Source of the DNA: Lama guanicoe
Lineage: Eukaryota
Direction: 5' to 3'
DNA: 64,000 nt
NCBI GenBank assembly: GCA_013239625.1
Contig: MU054166.1
Span: 281,035-345,034, forward strand
Both the position numbers and the translations under genes were made by a program. The notes below the pieces were generated by a model. The model saw only the letters and a program-made list of their open reading frames with translations, ran no database searches and was not told where the DNA came from. Of the stretch, positions 26,190 to 39,799 are shown one piece after another. The number at the start of each line of letters is the position of its first letter. Within the stretch, counting starts at the first letter, position 1.

Positions 26190-29100
26190 CAATACTTTTC
26201 ATTCCTATCAAAAGTGTCCACAGTGTTCCTTTTTCTCCACAATCTCACCTAAATCTGTTTCTTTTCTTTTTGATGAGAGTCTTCTGACCAGTGTGAGGTC
26301 TTGTCTAATTTATGGTTAATGAATTTCCTAATAATTTATAACTCTGAACATATTTTCATGTTTCACTTAGCCAACTGTTTGTTTTCTCCAGAAAATTGAT
26401 TCAGATCTATCTATTCAGTTCCTATGGACACTTTTTTTAATTGGATTGTTTGGTCTGTTTGTTGTTGTGGTGTATGATTTTGCCATGTAGTTGCATATTA
26501 ACACTTGATTGGAAATTATCACTTGCAAATATATTCTCCCATTGTGTTGGTTGACTGTTCATTTTATTGTTCATTTTTTATGCAGTGCAAATCTGTTTAG
26601 AGTGATACAATCATGTTTTGTTAGTTTTGCTTCTGCTTCTCTTGCCAGAGGAGACAAATGTAGAATCAAATTAAGTCCAATGTCAGAGTGTACTTCTTAT
26701 ATTTTACACAAGGATTCTTTGTTTTCAGGTTTTATGTTTTATATACCCAGGAGTGGGATTGATGTGTCATATGATAGGTCTATTTTTATTATTTAAAAGA
26801 ACTTCCATACTGTTTCCAAAGTGGTTGCAACAATTTTCATTCCCACCAACAACTTTGGAGAGTCCCTTTTTCTCCACAACCTCCCGAATATTTATTATTT
26901 GAAGACATTTTGATGACAGCCCTTCTCAGTAGTGTGAGGTAAAACATTATTTTATTTTTGTCTTGAATTTGTATAATAATTAGCAATGTGAGCACGTTTT
27001 ATATTCCTGTTTGTCATTTGTGTGTCTTCTTTAGACAACTGCCTTCTGCTCATTTTCTCTCTTGGTTGTTTGTAGACTGTTGAAGTGGAGTTGTATGAAC
27101 GATTCGTGTATTTTAGAAATTAGCCCCTTTTGATTGCATTGTTTCCAAATGTTTTCTCCCATTTTGAAGTTCATCTTTTCATTCTGTTTATGTTGCTGTA
27201 TAGAAGCTTTTAAGTTTAATTTGGATATATTTGATTATTTTGCTTTTATTGTTTTCAGCTTGGGAGAGTGACATAAGAAAATTTTGCTACAATTTGTGTC
27301 TTGTTTTGCCTATGTTAGTTTCCAGGAGTTTTATTGCGTCATGTATTAGATTCAGATATTTAAGGCATTTTGAGTTTATATTTGTACAGTGTGAGGGAGT
27401 GTTCTAATTTCATTGATTTACATGTAGCTGTCTAGCTTTCTCAATATCACTTGCTGAAGACTGTCTTGAGGCATAGTATATTTTTGTTTCCTTTGTCATA
27501 GTTCAGTTGGCCATATGTGTGATATTTTATTTCTGCCTCTGTGTTCTCTTCCAGTGATATAGATGTTTGTTTGTTTTCCAGCATTGTGCTGTTTCGATTA
27601 CTGTTTTTGTAATATAGTCTGAGATCTGAGAGGGATATGGGTTATGCCTCCAACTTTGTTCTTTTTCCTCATTGTTTCTTTTGCAGTTCTGGTTCTTTTG
27701 CTGTTCCATACAAATTTAGGACTGTTTTAAGTTCTGTGGAAAATATCATGTAGTTCTATCTGAATCACTATATATCTGTAGACATTTTTGTAGTATGTAT
27801 ATTTTAACAATATTAATTCCTCTAAACTAAGACCTTGAAATTTCTTTCCATTTCTTTGCATCATCTTCAAATTTATTTATCAGTGTCCTATGCATTTTAT
27901 TATGTTGGTTTTTTTATAGGTTTTTCATTTTTTGATCTGATTTCATATGGATCTTTTAAAATTATGGAATATTTCATTGTTTGTGTAAAAAAAGTGACAG
28001 TTTTTGTATATTAATCATGAATCATGCTACTTTGCTAAATGTCTTTATTAGATTTAGTTGCTTTGGTTTGGAGAATCCTTAGAGATCACGGTATAGATTA
28101 TCATGTCATCTAAAATAAAAACAGTTTTACTTCATTCAATCCAACTTGAATAAGTTTTTTTCTTATCTCATTGCTATTGCTAGGTCATCCCATACTGTGT
28201 TTAATAGAAATGGTTAGAGTGGGCATCCTTGTTTTATTCCTTAATTTGGCTTTCAGTTTTCCCTTTTGCATATTGTGTTGTCTGTGGTTCTGTAAATAAT
28301 GACTTTGGTTATGTTGAGATATATTTCTTGAATCCTACTTTGGTAAGTGTTTTCTGTTGTTGTTGCTGTTGTTATTGTTGTGGTTGTTGTTGTTGTTGCT
28401 GTCTTAATGAATAAATGTTGAATTTTGTGAAATGTATTAATGGATTTATTGAGGTGACCATGTAGTTTTCTCTTTTTCTTTTGTTAATGTGGTGTATCAA
28501 ACTGATTGATTTGTGTATGTTGAACCTCTCTTGTGACCCTGCAATGAATCCAAGTTGATCATGGTGTATGATATATTTTAGGTATTGCTGGATTTAGTTT
28601 GCTAATAATAATTTGTAGAATTTTTGCATGTAAATCTATCAAATATAATGGCTTCAATTTGCCTTTGCCCGTACTTTTTTTGTTGGTTTAGCTATCAGGG
28701 TGATGAAAGTTTCATAGAAATAATTTTGGAGTTTCCCACACGTTCACAATTTTTGAATAGTTTGAAGAGTATAATTTCTGTTTTGTATTTTTGTATAGTT
28801 CTCCAAGGGAGCTGTTTATATCTGCACTTTTATTCAACAATTTTTTTAAATGCAGATTCTAGCTTTCTTCTAGTAATCAGTTTGTTCAAATTATTTGTTT
28901 CTCCTTATCTCTGTCTATTTCTAGGCATTTGTCTATTTCTTCTAAGTTGTCCAGTTTATTGGCATGTAATTGGTGACAAAAATGTTCCCTTTTTTGTATA
29001 TCTGAGGGAACAATTGTTATTTCTCCACTTTTATTTCTGAATTTATTTCTTTGGATCATCTCTCTTTTCTTCATGATGCACCTGGCTAAAGGTTTTTTGA

Positions 29101-29205
29101 TTTTGCTTATCTTAAAAAGAAAACAAAAAACAAAATCTTTGGTTTTACTACTTTTTGAAAAGTTGTTTTTGCTCTCTAATTTATATTAAAACCTGTAATA
29201 TTTAG
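26190..29205 (-). mobile_element. Two or more decayed antisense LINE-1 ORF2 fragments
   Basis: Motifs tatacccaggagtgggatt, cattcccaccaaca, agagtgggcatccttgt and tttctaggcatttgtctatttcttctaagttgtccagttt. Confidence 0.85.
28354..28401 (+). repeat. Interrupted (TTG)n microsatellite
   Basis: Direct reading; paralog at 62999-63040. Confidence 0.88.
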
Positions 29206-29212
29206 GATCATG

Positions 29213-32200
29213 TTTTTTCTTTTTTTAACTTTTTTTAATTGATTTTTAATCATTTTACAAAGTTGCCACAAAGTCCATTTTAGAGCACAATTTTTTAGGT
29301 ACAATGAACATATATACATTTTTTGTCCCATTTTTTCCCCTGTGAGCTGCCGTTAAGATCTTTTATATATTTCCCTGTGCTATGGAGTACAATCCTGTTT
29401 ATCTATTTTACAATTTTGACCTCCCAGCCTATCTCTTCCCACACCCCACCCCTTGGCAACCAAAACTTTGTATTCTCTGCCTGCGAGTATATTTCTGTTT
29501 TGTATTTATGCGTTGTTTGCTTGGTTTTGTTTTGTTTTATGATTCCACACATGAGCCATCTCATATGGTATTTTTCTTTCTCTTTCTGGCTTACTTCACT
29601 TAGACTGACTTTCTCCTGGGCCATCCATGTTGCTGAAAATGGTATTATGTTGTCAGTTTATAAGAATGACTTCTATTCCATTGTATAAATATACCACCTC
29701 TTCTTTATCCAGTCAACTGTCGATGGACATTTAGGCTGTTTCCTTGTCTTGGCTATTGTAAATATTGCTGGCTATGAACATTGGGGTGCAGGTGTCTTCC
29801 TGAATAGGGTTCCTTCTGGATTTATGCCCAGGAGCGGGAATCTTGGGTTACATGGTATGACTATTCCTAGGCTTTTGAGGAATCTCCATCCTGTTTTCCA
29901 CAGTGGATTCACCAACCTGCATTGCCACCAGCAGTGAAGGACAGTTCCCTTAAATCCACATCCTCTCCAGCATTTGTCATTTGTGGATTTTTGAATGATG
30001 GCCATTCTGACTGGTGTGAGGTGATATCTCATTGCAGTTTTGATTTGCATTTCTCTGATAATCAGTGATATTGAGCATTTTCTGATGTGTCTTTTGATCA
30101 TTTGTATGTCTTCCTTGGAGAATTGCTTGTTTAGGTCTTCTGCCCAATTTTGGATTAGGTAGTTTATTTTTTCTTATTCAGTTGGATGAGCTGCTTATAT
30201 ACTCTGGAGATCAAGCCTTTGACGGTTTCATATGCAAATATTTTTCCCATTCCGTAGGTTGTCTTTTTGTTTTACTTCCTGTTTCTTTACTGTGCAGAAG
30301 CTTGTAAGTTTCATTAGATCTCATTTGTTTATTCTTGCTTTTATTTTTTCTACAAGAAAATTTATGAAATGTATGTCAGATACTATTTTGCCTATATTTT
30401 CCACTTGGAAGTTTATTCTATCTTATCTTATGTATAAGTCTTTGATCCATTCTGTGTTTATTTTTGTGTATGGTGTTCTAGGTTCATTGGGAGTGTTCTA
30501 GCCTCATTGATTTACCTGCTGTTGTCCAGTTTTCCCAACACCAGTTGCTGAAGGGACTGTCTCTCTTCCATTGTAATTTTTTGCCTCCTTTGTCTAAGAT
30601 TAATTGACCAAAAGTTTGTGGGTTTATTTCTGGGCTCTCTAATCTGTTCCATTGGCCTATATGTATATTTTCCAACCAATACAGTGCTGTTTTGTTGACT
30701 GTAGATCTATAGTATTATCTGAATCGTTAGCGTTAAGAAATGCCACTGATATTTGAACCTTAATCTCGTAACCTGCTACATTGCTGAATTCTTCGATCAG
30801 CTGTAATAGCTTTTGTCTGGACCTTGTAGGGTTTTTTATACATAGTAACATTGTCTGCATATAGTGAGACTTTAAACTTTTCCTTTCCAATTTGCATCCC
30901 TTTTACTTCTTTCTCTTCTTTGATTGCTGTGGCTAGGTCTTCCAAGTCTATGTTGAGTTGGAGTGGTGAGAGTGTGCATCCTTGTCTTGTCGTAGATTTT
31001 AGTGGGAAGATTTTGACTTTCTCATTATTCAGTATTATGCTGGCTGTAGGTTTGTAATCTATATCTTTTATGATGCTGAGATATGTTGCCTCTATGCCCA
31101 ATTTGGTGAGAGTTTTTATCATAAGTGTGTGTTGAATTTTATCAAATGCTTTTCCTACATCTATTGAGATGATCATGCAGTTTTGGTCCTTTGTCTTGTT
31201 GATGTGCTGTATTACATTAATTGATTTGCATATGTTAAACCACACCTGTGTCCATGGCATGATCTCCACTTGGTCATGAGGTATAATATTTTTTCTCTGT
31301 TTTTGGCCTCTATTCACAACTATTTTGGTGAGGATATTGGCTTCTGTGTTCATCACTGCTATTGGCTTATAGTTGTCTTGTTTGGTATTGTCTTTGCCTG
31401 GTTGTGGTATCAGGATAATTGTGGCTTCATAGAATGACTTTGGGAGTATTCCTTCCTTTTCAATCTTCTGGAAGGATTTGAGAAGGACTGGTATGAGTTC
31501 TTCTATGCATGTGTGGTAGAAATCCATAGTGAAGCCATCTGGTCCTGGACTGTTATTTGTCGGGAAGTTTTATATTGCTATTTTGATTTCATTTCTAGTG
31601 CTCTGTTTCTTCAAGGGGTCAGTTTCTTCTTGATTCAGTCTTGGTGGACAGTATGTTTCCAGTAAAGTGTCCATCTCTTCTAGGTTATCCAGTTTGGTTG
31701 AATATACTTTTCATAATATTCTCATATGATATTCTGTATTTCTAGTTTATCAGTTGTAAATTCTCCATTCTCCTATCTTATTTTACTAATTTGTGCTCCC
31801 TCTCTTTTCTTCTTCTTGAGTTTGGCCAGAGGCTTGTCGATTTTACTTATTTTTTCAAAAAAAAGCCTTTGGATTGATTGATATCTTTCCTATGGTCTTT
31901 TTAAACTCTATTTTATTTATTTCCTCCCCAATATTTATGATTTCCTTCCTTCTGCTGCCTTTTGGGGTTTTTTTTCTTCTTTTTCTGGTTCATTCTCCTG
32001 ATGGGTTAAATTGTTTATTTGTGGCTGTTCTTCTTTTTTGAGGAAGGCCTGTATCACTATAAACTCCCCTCTCAACAGTGCTTTTGCTGTGTCCCATAAT
32101 TGTTGTTTGGTTTTGCTTTCATTTACTATTGTCTCAAGGTACATTTTCATTTCAGTTTGATTACTTCTTTGCCTCATAGGTGTTTTAATAACATATTGCT

Positions 32201-35200
32201 TTATCCACATGTTTTCCTTTGTTCTCCTTTGTTTCTCTTTGTTGATGTCAAGCTTCATGGCATTGTGGTCAGTAAAGATGCTTGAGGTAATTTCTATCTT
32301 CTGAAAATTGCTGAGGCTTCTTTTGTGCCGAAGTATATCATGAATCCTGGAAAATGTCCCATGTGCACTTGAAAAGAATGCTATTTTGTGGGTGGTGCAA
32401 TTCCCGGAAAATATTCACCAAGAGAAATATTTCTATTGTATTATTTAAATTGTCTGTTGCCTAATTTACTTTCTATCTCAATGATCTGTCCAGTGATGTT
32501 AATGCAGTGTTGAAATCTCCAACTATGTTTAGATTCCCATCACTATCCCCCTTTATATGTGTTAGTAATTTCTTCATGTACTTAGTCCTCTATTTGGTGC
32601 CTATGTATTAACAAGCGTGCTATCCTCATCTTGTATCAGTCCTTCCTTCATTATAATATGTCCTTCCTTATTTTTCTTTATGGCCTTTGTTTTAAAGACT
32701 ATTTTGTCTGAAGTCAGTACTGCAACACCTGCTTTTTTGGCTTTTCCCATTGTATGGAATAACCTTTTCCATCCTTTCACTCTCAAACAATTTGTTTCCT
32801 TCTCGCTGAAGTGAGTCTCTTGTATGCAACATATTGAAGGTTCTTGCTTTATCATCCAGCCTGCCACTCAATGACATTGAATGGAGCATTTAGTCCATTA
32901 ACATTTACAATAATCGATGATATGATTGTGTTTATTGTCATTTTGACCTTATATTTGCAGTTGATCTTTTATTTCCTCTTTGTTCGTTTGATCTTCCTTT
33001 TTTGGTTTGGTCTTTTTCCTTTATATTATCATGAAAATTATTTAGTTTTATTGACTCTTTGAATGTGTTTTTGCCTTGTTTTTACCCTTTTATATAAGTT
33101 TATTAGACCATTAGTATAACTGATTTTATTAAACTGATAGTAACATGATCTCAAACCCATCCTTCTGAGAACAAAACATTTTAAAAGGAAAGACCACCCA
33201 AGAAAAAAATTCTTTATATTCCTACCTCCATTTCCACTCTCAATGATTCGTATTTCTTGTTTTAAAATTTTGTGTTTATTTTATTTCTAGTTCATGAGTT
33301 ATCACTTTCCAGCTGTGAGATTCACATTTCTGTAGCATCCTGATGCTTTTCTTTTTAGAGTGGAACTTTCAATATTTCTTTTAGCATGGGCCTAGTGTTG
33401 CTAAACTCTTGTAGCTTTTTACTGTCTGTGAAAATATTTCTCTCTCCTTCTACCATAGACAATAGCCTTGCTGGTTAATGTATCCTAGGGTATATCATTT
33501 TTTTCATTCAGGACTTTGAATACATCTTGCCACTCCCTTCTGTTCTGTAGTATTTGTGTTGTGAAATCAGCTGTGAGCCTTCTGGGGATTCCCTTGTAAC
33601 TCACTCTTTGCTACTCTCTTGCTGTCTTTGGGATCATTTCTTTATCCTTGGCTCTGGCCATCTTAATTATATGTTTTGTTGTGGGTTTATTTGAGTTCTT
33701 CCTGTTTGGGACAGTCTGAGATTCCTGTACTTGGATATCTGATTTCTTCTTTCAGTTTGGGAAGTTCTCACTCATGATTTCTTCAAACACCTTTGCAATC
33801 CCCTTTGATATTTCCTCCCATTCTGGGACTTCTAACATGCCAAGATTGGCATGCTTTCTATTGTCCCAAAGGTCTCATGATATTTTCATTTGTTTCTTGT
33901 TGTTTCTCTTGTAGCTGTTCTGATTGAGTGCTTTCTATTATCCTGTCTTCTAGGTCACTAATTCATTCCTCTGCATGATCTAGTCAGCTTTGTGACCAAT
34001 TTAGATCATTCCTCATCTCAGTAAACGGGTTTACCTATTCTACTCGGCTTTTCTTTATAGCTTCCATTTCATTTTTAATATATTTTATATCTCTAAACAC
34101 TATCTTTTATTTCCTTCATTAATTTGATCACACTTCTTTTGAAATCTTTATCTAGTAGGCTATTGTTTTCTATTTCACTGATCGTACTTTCAGAGGATTT
34201 CTCTTGTTCTTTTAATTGGGAATGGTTTCTCTGCTTCATCACCTTGCACCTACGTCTCTGGCACTGTGGTTTATGGTTTATCAGTTATCTACTGTGGTCC
34301 TAAAGGAGTTTATCTACCTAATGCCTCTGTAGTAATACAGCTAAAAAAGAGAAAAAAGAGAGAGGGAGACAAAGAATTTTAAAGAAGGGGAAATAAATGT
34401 TTGAAGACAATGTATAATACATAATAGAAGAACAAGTTGAAGCAGAGTTTTGAAAAATAATAATAATAAAAATATTTTTAAAAAATTTCAATGGGATTTA
34501 AAAGGGGGTATATATAATTGCCTAAGAATTAAAAATTAAGTGGGTAATAGAAAATGGAACGGGTAAAAACAGATTAAAACAAGGGGGTGGTCAGTATGTC
34601 CTGGAGACTATGTAACTTAATGTGAACTCTTTCTGTATTTATCCTGTTTTTGAAGCTCACCTTGCTTTTTCCAGAGACCCTCCATTGGAGCCCACATCTG
34701 TGCAGCTCCTAGGGCCAGTTGGCAAGCAGATCATTCCTACTCCCATCACTGGTTATGGAGCAGCTCTCTTTACTGTGGGTTGTCCTGACTGATGCCTCAG
34801 TCATATATTTCAGACTCACCAGGCAGGAGTGGGCATAAAGCCCTCTCCCAGCCACATGGTCAGGGGCTGCATTCCATCCCAAAAGTTGGTGGGCCATCAG
34901 CCCCCTCAGGGTGCCTGTCTCTCCAATGTTATGTGCCCTGTCACTGATCTGGGCCAAAACCCAGCTCCTTGTTTGCATTGGCAGAGCAAGTTCTCTGAAG
35001 ATATAGGACAGAAATATATTATATGCCTCAGGCTGTAAACAAGTTCCCTTCTGGCACTTGAGGCTGCTAAGTCCTTAAGAGTGAATGCAGCTTTTGCTCT
35101 CACTGCTGCCAGGGTGCAAAGCACCAGAGGCTATGGTGGCTGTGTCTGAGCCCTAGGTCTCTCGTCCTCAATTATTTTGTGGAATTTCAGAGATTTAAAA

Positions 35201-35776
35201 TGCACCTTTCCCCTCCCAGGGCTAGTCTGCCCTGTTGTTTAATGGAGGGCCCAGGTTGTTCTGCCCTGTGCACCCACAGCAATGGTGCTGTGGGTGCACA
35301 GCACCCTCCATTCCCCCAGGCTGCCTCAGTGCAGCCATCTTCATCTTCCACCCAGCTCTGGCAGCATGGCACTGCCCCCAGCTGCCAGGATGCTTCTTGG
35401 GCTGGGTGTCACAGGGATCCTCACTGCCTGTTTAACTTAGTACTTATACTCTATGGAGTTCCAATTCTTGGAAGATCCCCCTCCATCCTGCCGACATCTC
35501 ACTTGGAGAGGGGAGACCCAGTGAATGAGCATGAGTCCTTCTTTGCTGCTCCCTCCCTGTGGGACCTGTCCCAATTTGTTTTGCCTTTTCTTCTTTCTTT
35601 ATTCATTTTCTTCTACAAGATATTTTGCATTTTTATCTTTTGAAGAGGACAGTGTACTGTCAGAGTTCTGTAGGTTCTCTGGTTAGCTGAATAGGTCTGT
35701 GGATATGAGTCTTGGTGCATTTTTGGGAAAGGGTGAGCTACGAGCATCCTTCTGCTCCATCATCTTTGCTTCCTCC
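29213..35776 (-). mobile_element. Near-full-length inactive LINE-1 (5'UTR ~35776-34570, ORF1 ~34250-33355, ORF2 from 32941, 3'UTR and poly-A to ~29213)
   Basis: 5' start GGAGGAAGCAAAGATGATGGAGCAGAAGG. ORF1-like QRNHSQLKEQEK. EN motifs CCIQETHF..RVKGWK. RT motifs [16 protein letters not shown] and YADN. C-terminal [19 protein letters not shown]. Many stops and an internal deletion. Confidence 0.95.
30760..31527 (-). pseudogene. Longest residual L1 ORF2 reverse-transcriptase fragment (255 aa)
   Basis: Translation is L1 RT-like; the catalytic FADD motif reads YADN. Confidence 0.9.
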
Positions 35777-35779
35777 ACA

Positions 35780-38700
35780 AAAAGTCTCACTTTATGGTGG
35801 AAGTTATACACAACCAGGTAACAGATGGAAAAGATGTTTCTTGGAATTGACAAGAAAGTGCAGTTTGCAATGCTCAACTCATACAAAATACATTTTAAAA
35901 TAAAGGCCACAATGAAAGATACATATTAGATTATATTAAGAGAAAGAAATCAATATAAAAAGAGAATTACAATCATTAAATTATATATGGACCCAACACC
36001 GTAGATCCTAAGTATAAAAAGAAATATTAGTAGAAATGAAGGAATTAATTCATTATAAAACAATAATAGTAGATGAGTTGAACACCTCACTATTCTGATG
36101 GACATATCATCCAGAAAGAGTATCTGTAAGGGAACAGAGGTCTTAATGGCATATTAGATCATTTGAACCTAACTGAGTTATTGGACACTGCATCAGAAAA
36201 GGAGAACATATAAACTTCTCAAGTGTGCACAGGATGTTATCTAAGGAATTAACCACATATTATGTCATGAAATGAGTTTCTGGAACTTTAAGCAAATGCA
36301 GATTACAGCAAGTATTTTTCCATACACAAAATTATGAAACTATGCATCAACTCTAGAAAGAAGAACAGGAAAAGCACAAACATGAGATTAAACCTCATCC
36401 TTTAAATAAATAAAATAAAACAAGGTCAATGATGAAACCAAAGAGGTAATAAAATCATACCTGGAGACAAATTACAATGAAAACACAACTTCATCAAATG
36501 TATGGGATGCAGTAAAGGCAAATCTAAGAGGGAAGTTTAGAACAATTGAGGCCTTCTATGAGGAAAAACAAAAACCTCACAGGAAGGATAAAGCTTACCA
36601 CCCAAAATAACTAGATATAAGAACAAACAAAACACAAAGGCAGTAGAATGAGTAATCTTTAATGATTAGGTTGAAAATAAATAAAATAAAAATTAAAAAA
36701 TAAGTTAAAATTCATAAAATCAATAGCATTTTTTTCTTAAAAATATTAACAAATTGATAAGCATTTAGCCAGGCTTATCAAGAAATACAGGGTCGACCCA
36801 AACAAAATAATAAAGGAAATATTAGAAATAATATCTGACAGTACAGAAATGCAAAGATTATGAAAGCACTCTGAGCAGTTATGTGAAACCAACTGGACAA
36901 CCTTAAAGAAATAGACAAATTTCTTGCAACGTACAGCCTGCCAACACTGAATAAAAAGATAACTGAAAACTCGAAAAGAGCAATCAGCATAATTCAAATA
37001 AAATCTACAGTTTTAAAAACACCCCTTGAACAAAATCCCTGGATGCCTTCACTAAAACCTCTTTCCACTCAACTATTTCAAAAAATGTGTTAGGAAGGAA
37101 AATTCCCAATGTTATCTATGAGGCCACCAATAATATGATAACAAAACCTGTCAAAGACACTACCAAAAAAAAGAAATGAAAATATAAAGCCAATATCCTT
37201 GATGAATATACATTAAAAAACCCTCAATAGAACATCAACAAATTAATTCAGCAATACATAGAAAGGATTATACACGATGATCAGTTGGATTCCTTCAAGA
37301 GTCACAGGGATGGTTCAACATATGCAAGTTAATCAGCATGACACATATTTAATAAAGGAAGGACAAAATTCACAGGACCATGTCAATACACACAGAAAAA
37401 GCATTAGTCAAAATTCAACATACATTCATGATCAGAACTCTCATGAAAGAGAGTATAATGAGAACATCTCTCAACATGCTATAGGCCATTTACAACAATT
37501 AATAATAGGGAAAATGCTGAAAGCCTTCTGGGTAAATTCGGGAAAAACACAAGGATTCCTACTCTCAGCACTTCTGTTCCATAGTAAAATAAGAAATGAA
37601 AAAGAAAGAAAAAGGAGAAAAAATGCAAAATTTAAAGAAAGAGCCAAAATTGGCACCAGTATTGATGACATAACAATCTACATAGAGTCTAAGGTCTCCA
37701 CACAGACTAATATCAACAATAAATATTTTCAAAGAGGGAGCAGTATACAAGAGTAATGTAAAGTTGTCTCTTGCATTTCTACATGTTAATCATGAGATAC
37801 CTTAAAATGGACATTGAAAGTAATACTATTTAAAATCCCATTCCCCCGAATAACTTGTAATAAATGTAACCACATATATGAAAGATCTAAACACTGAAAA
37901 TTAAAAAACATTGACAAAGAAATTAAAAATGATTCAAAAAAATGGAAAGATGTCTTGTGTTCTTGGATTGAAGGAATTAATATTGTTAACATGGCCGAAC
38001 TACACAACGAAACCTACAGATTTAGTACAATTCCTGTTACAAAGCCGTAGTATTTCCCACAGAACCAAAAAATAAATAACTCTAAGTTTTACATGAAACC
38101 ATTTAATATTGTCAAAATGATCTTGAGAAAAAACAACAAATCTGCAGTTATAAACCTCCTGGAATCCTTGCTATAGTACAAAGCTACAGTAATAAAAACA
38201 GCAAAAAACAGCATTGGCACAGAAATATAATCAATAAAATCAGATTGAGAGCCTAGAAATAATTCCACGCACCTATGAGCAATGAATCAATGATAAAAGA
38301 GGCAAGAGTACACAATGGAGAAAAGAAAGTCTTCTCAATGGATGGTGTTTGGAAAGCTGGACATCTACATGTAAAACAGTGAAATGAGAGCATTCCCTGA
38401 CATCATATACAAAAATAAACTCCAAGTTTATTAAGGACCTAAATGTAAGACCTGATACTATAAAACTGCTAGAAGGGGATATAGTTGATACACTATTGGA
38501 TATATATGATAGGAATAATTTCTTGTATCAGTCTCCTAATGCAAAAGAAACAAAAGCAAAAATAAGCAAGTGAGACCTAAATAAAGTTGAAAACTTCTGC
38601 ACAGCTAAGGACAATTTGAATCAATTGTAAGCACTGCCTGTGTAATTGGAGAATATATTTGCAAATAATACAAGTGACCTAGGGATAATAGCTGTACGTT

Positions 38701-39786
38701 AATAGATGTAACATGGATTTAGGTTACACAACTCAAAGTGAAAAACAAAAACACAATCAAAAAAAGAGGAGAGTACCTGAGTTAATAGTTTTCCATGGAA
38801 AACATACAGATGAGTAACAGGCAAGTGATAAAATTGCTCAACATTACTAATTATTAGTTAATAGCAGTTCAAAACCAAAATGAGATATCACTTCACACTG
38901 GTCAAATGGCTATTATTAAAGTCTACAAATAGAAACTGTTGGAGACGATGCAGAGGAAACAAGTCTCTTGTATACTCTTGGTAGGAATGTAAATTGGTAC
39001 AACTTCTATGGAAAAGAGTGTTTAGATTTTTTTAACACCTAAAACAGGACTACCATATGAAACAGTAGCATCTGTCCTAGGAAAAATCTGAGGAAGAACT
39101 TCTAAATTGAGAAGAACCAATGTTAACAACATCACTGTTTATAATTTGTAAGACAGGGAAGCAATCCAAGAGTAGACTATGGACTTAAGAAGATATGATG
39201 TATCTATAAATATGCAATGGAATATTACTTAGCCATGAAAAAGTATGACTCATGGCTATTTCAGCATCATTAATGGACCTAGTAAATATTGTGCTTAGTG
39301 AAGTAACTTAGAAAAAGATATAAGTATATAATATAAACTATATGTGGAATCTAAAGAATAAAAAATATCTGTGTACATCTATCTATAGCTATCTATTAAT
39401 AGATGACAGATAAGTAGATACATAGAAGGATAAATATATAGATACATGCTAGATAGATAGATTGAGACATGGTAGAGAGATTAGAGAGACAAGACTGGAG
39501 CAGACTGAAAGATATGGGAAAAAATTTATGTTTACCAAAGGGAAAGGGAAAGACAATTTAATGGTAGGACACTGACAGATAAAAAGTAGTATACATATAG
39601 GAGATAAGCAACAAGGATAATCTGTATAGATCGGGGAATTACACACAATAACTTATAATAATTGTATGTTAAAATTAGTGTAATAATTTATAATGCTATA
39701 TAATCTGAAATGTGGTTGGAATCACTATGCTGAACATCTGAAAGTACACATAATAGTACATCTACTGTACTTCAATTAAAAATAAA
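35780..39786 (+). mobile_element. Decayed LINE-1 (paralog of 910-5180)
   Basis: Colinear with unit 1 and free of gaps. Confidence 0.88.
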
Positions 39787-39799
39787 CATTTCGTGTATA

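Larger units (their letters stand above)
1..34869 (+). repeat. Tandem amplicon unit 1 (~34.7 kb period; phase set arbitrarily at window start)
   Basis: Position 1 (cgttccagcccaaaa...) aligns to 34870 (cattccatcccaaaa...). HSFY ATGs are at 17440 and 52075 (offset 34635). Window end 64000 aligns to ~29360. Element order is identical in both units. Confidence 0.97.

Noticed and set aside
26020..26319. ~100-aa ORF present in both units (also 60666-60968)
   Set aside because: TTG start; it spans the antisense LTR and L1 fragments; sharing is explained by the duplication.
28229..28414. Poly-cysteine ORFs (also 62934-63149)
   Set aside because: Translation of a (TTG)n microsatellite inside an antisense L1.
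35179..35643. 154-aa plus-strand ORF antisense to the L1 5'UTR (ORF0-like idea); paralog at 309-587
   Set aside because: GTG start, indels change the frame and length between copies, and it resembles no protein I recognise.
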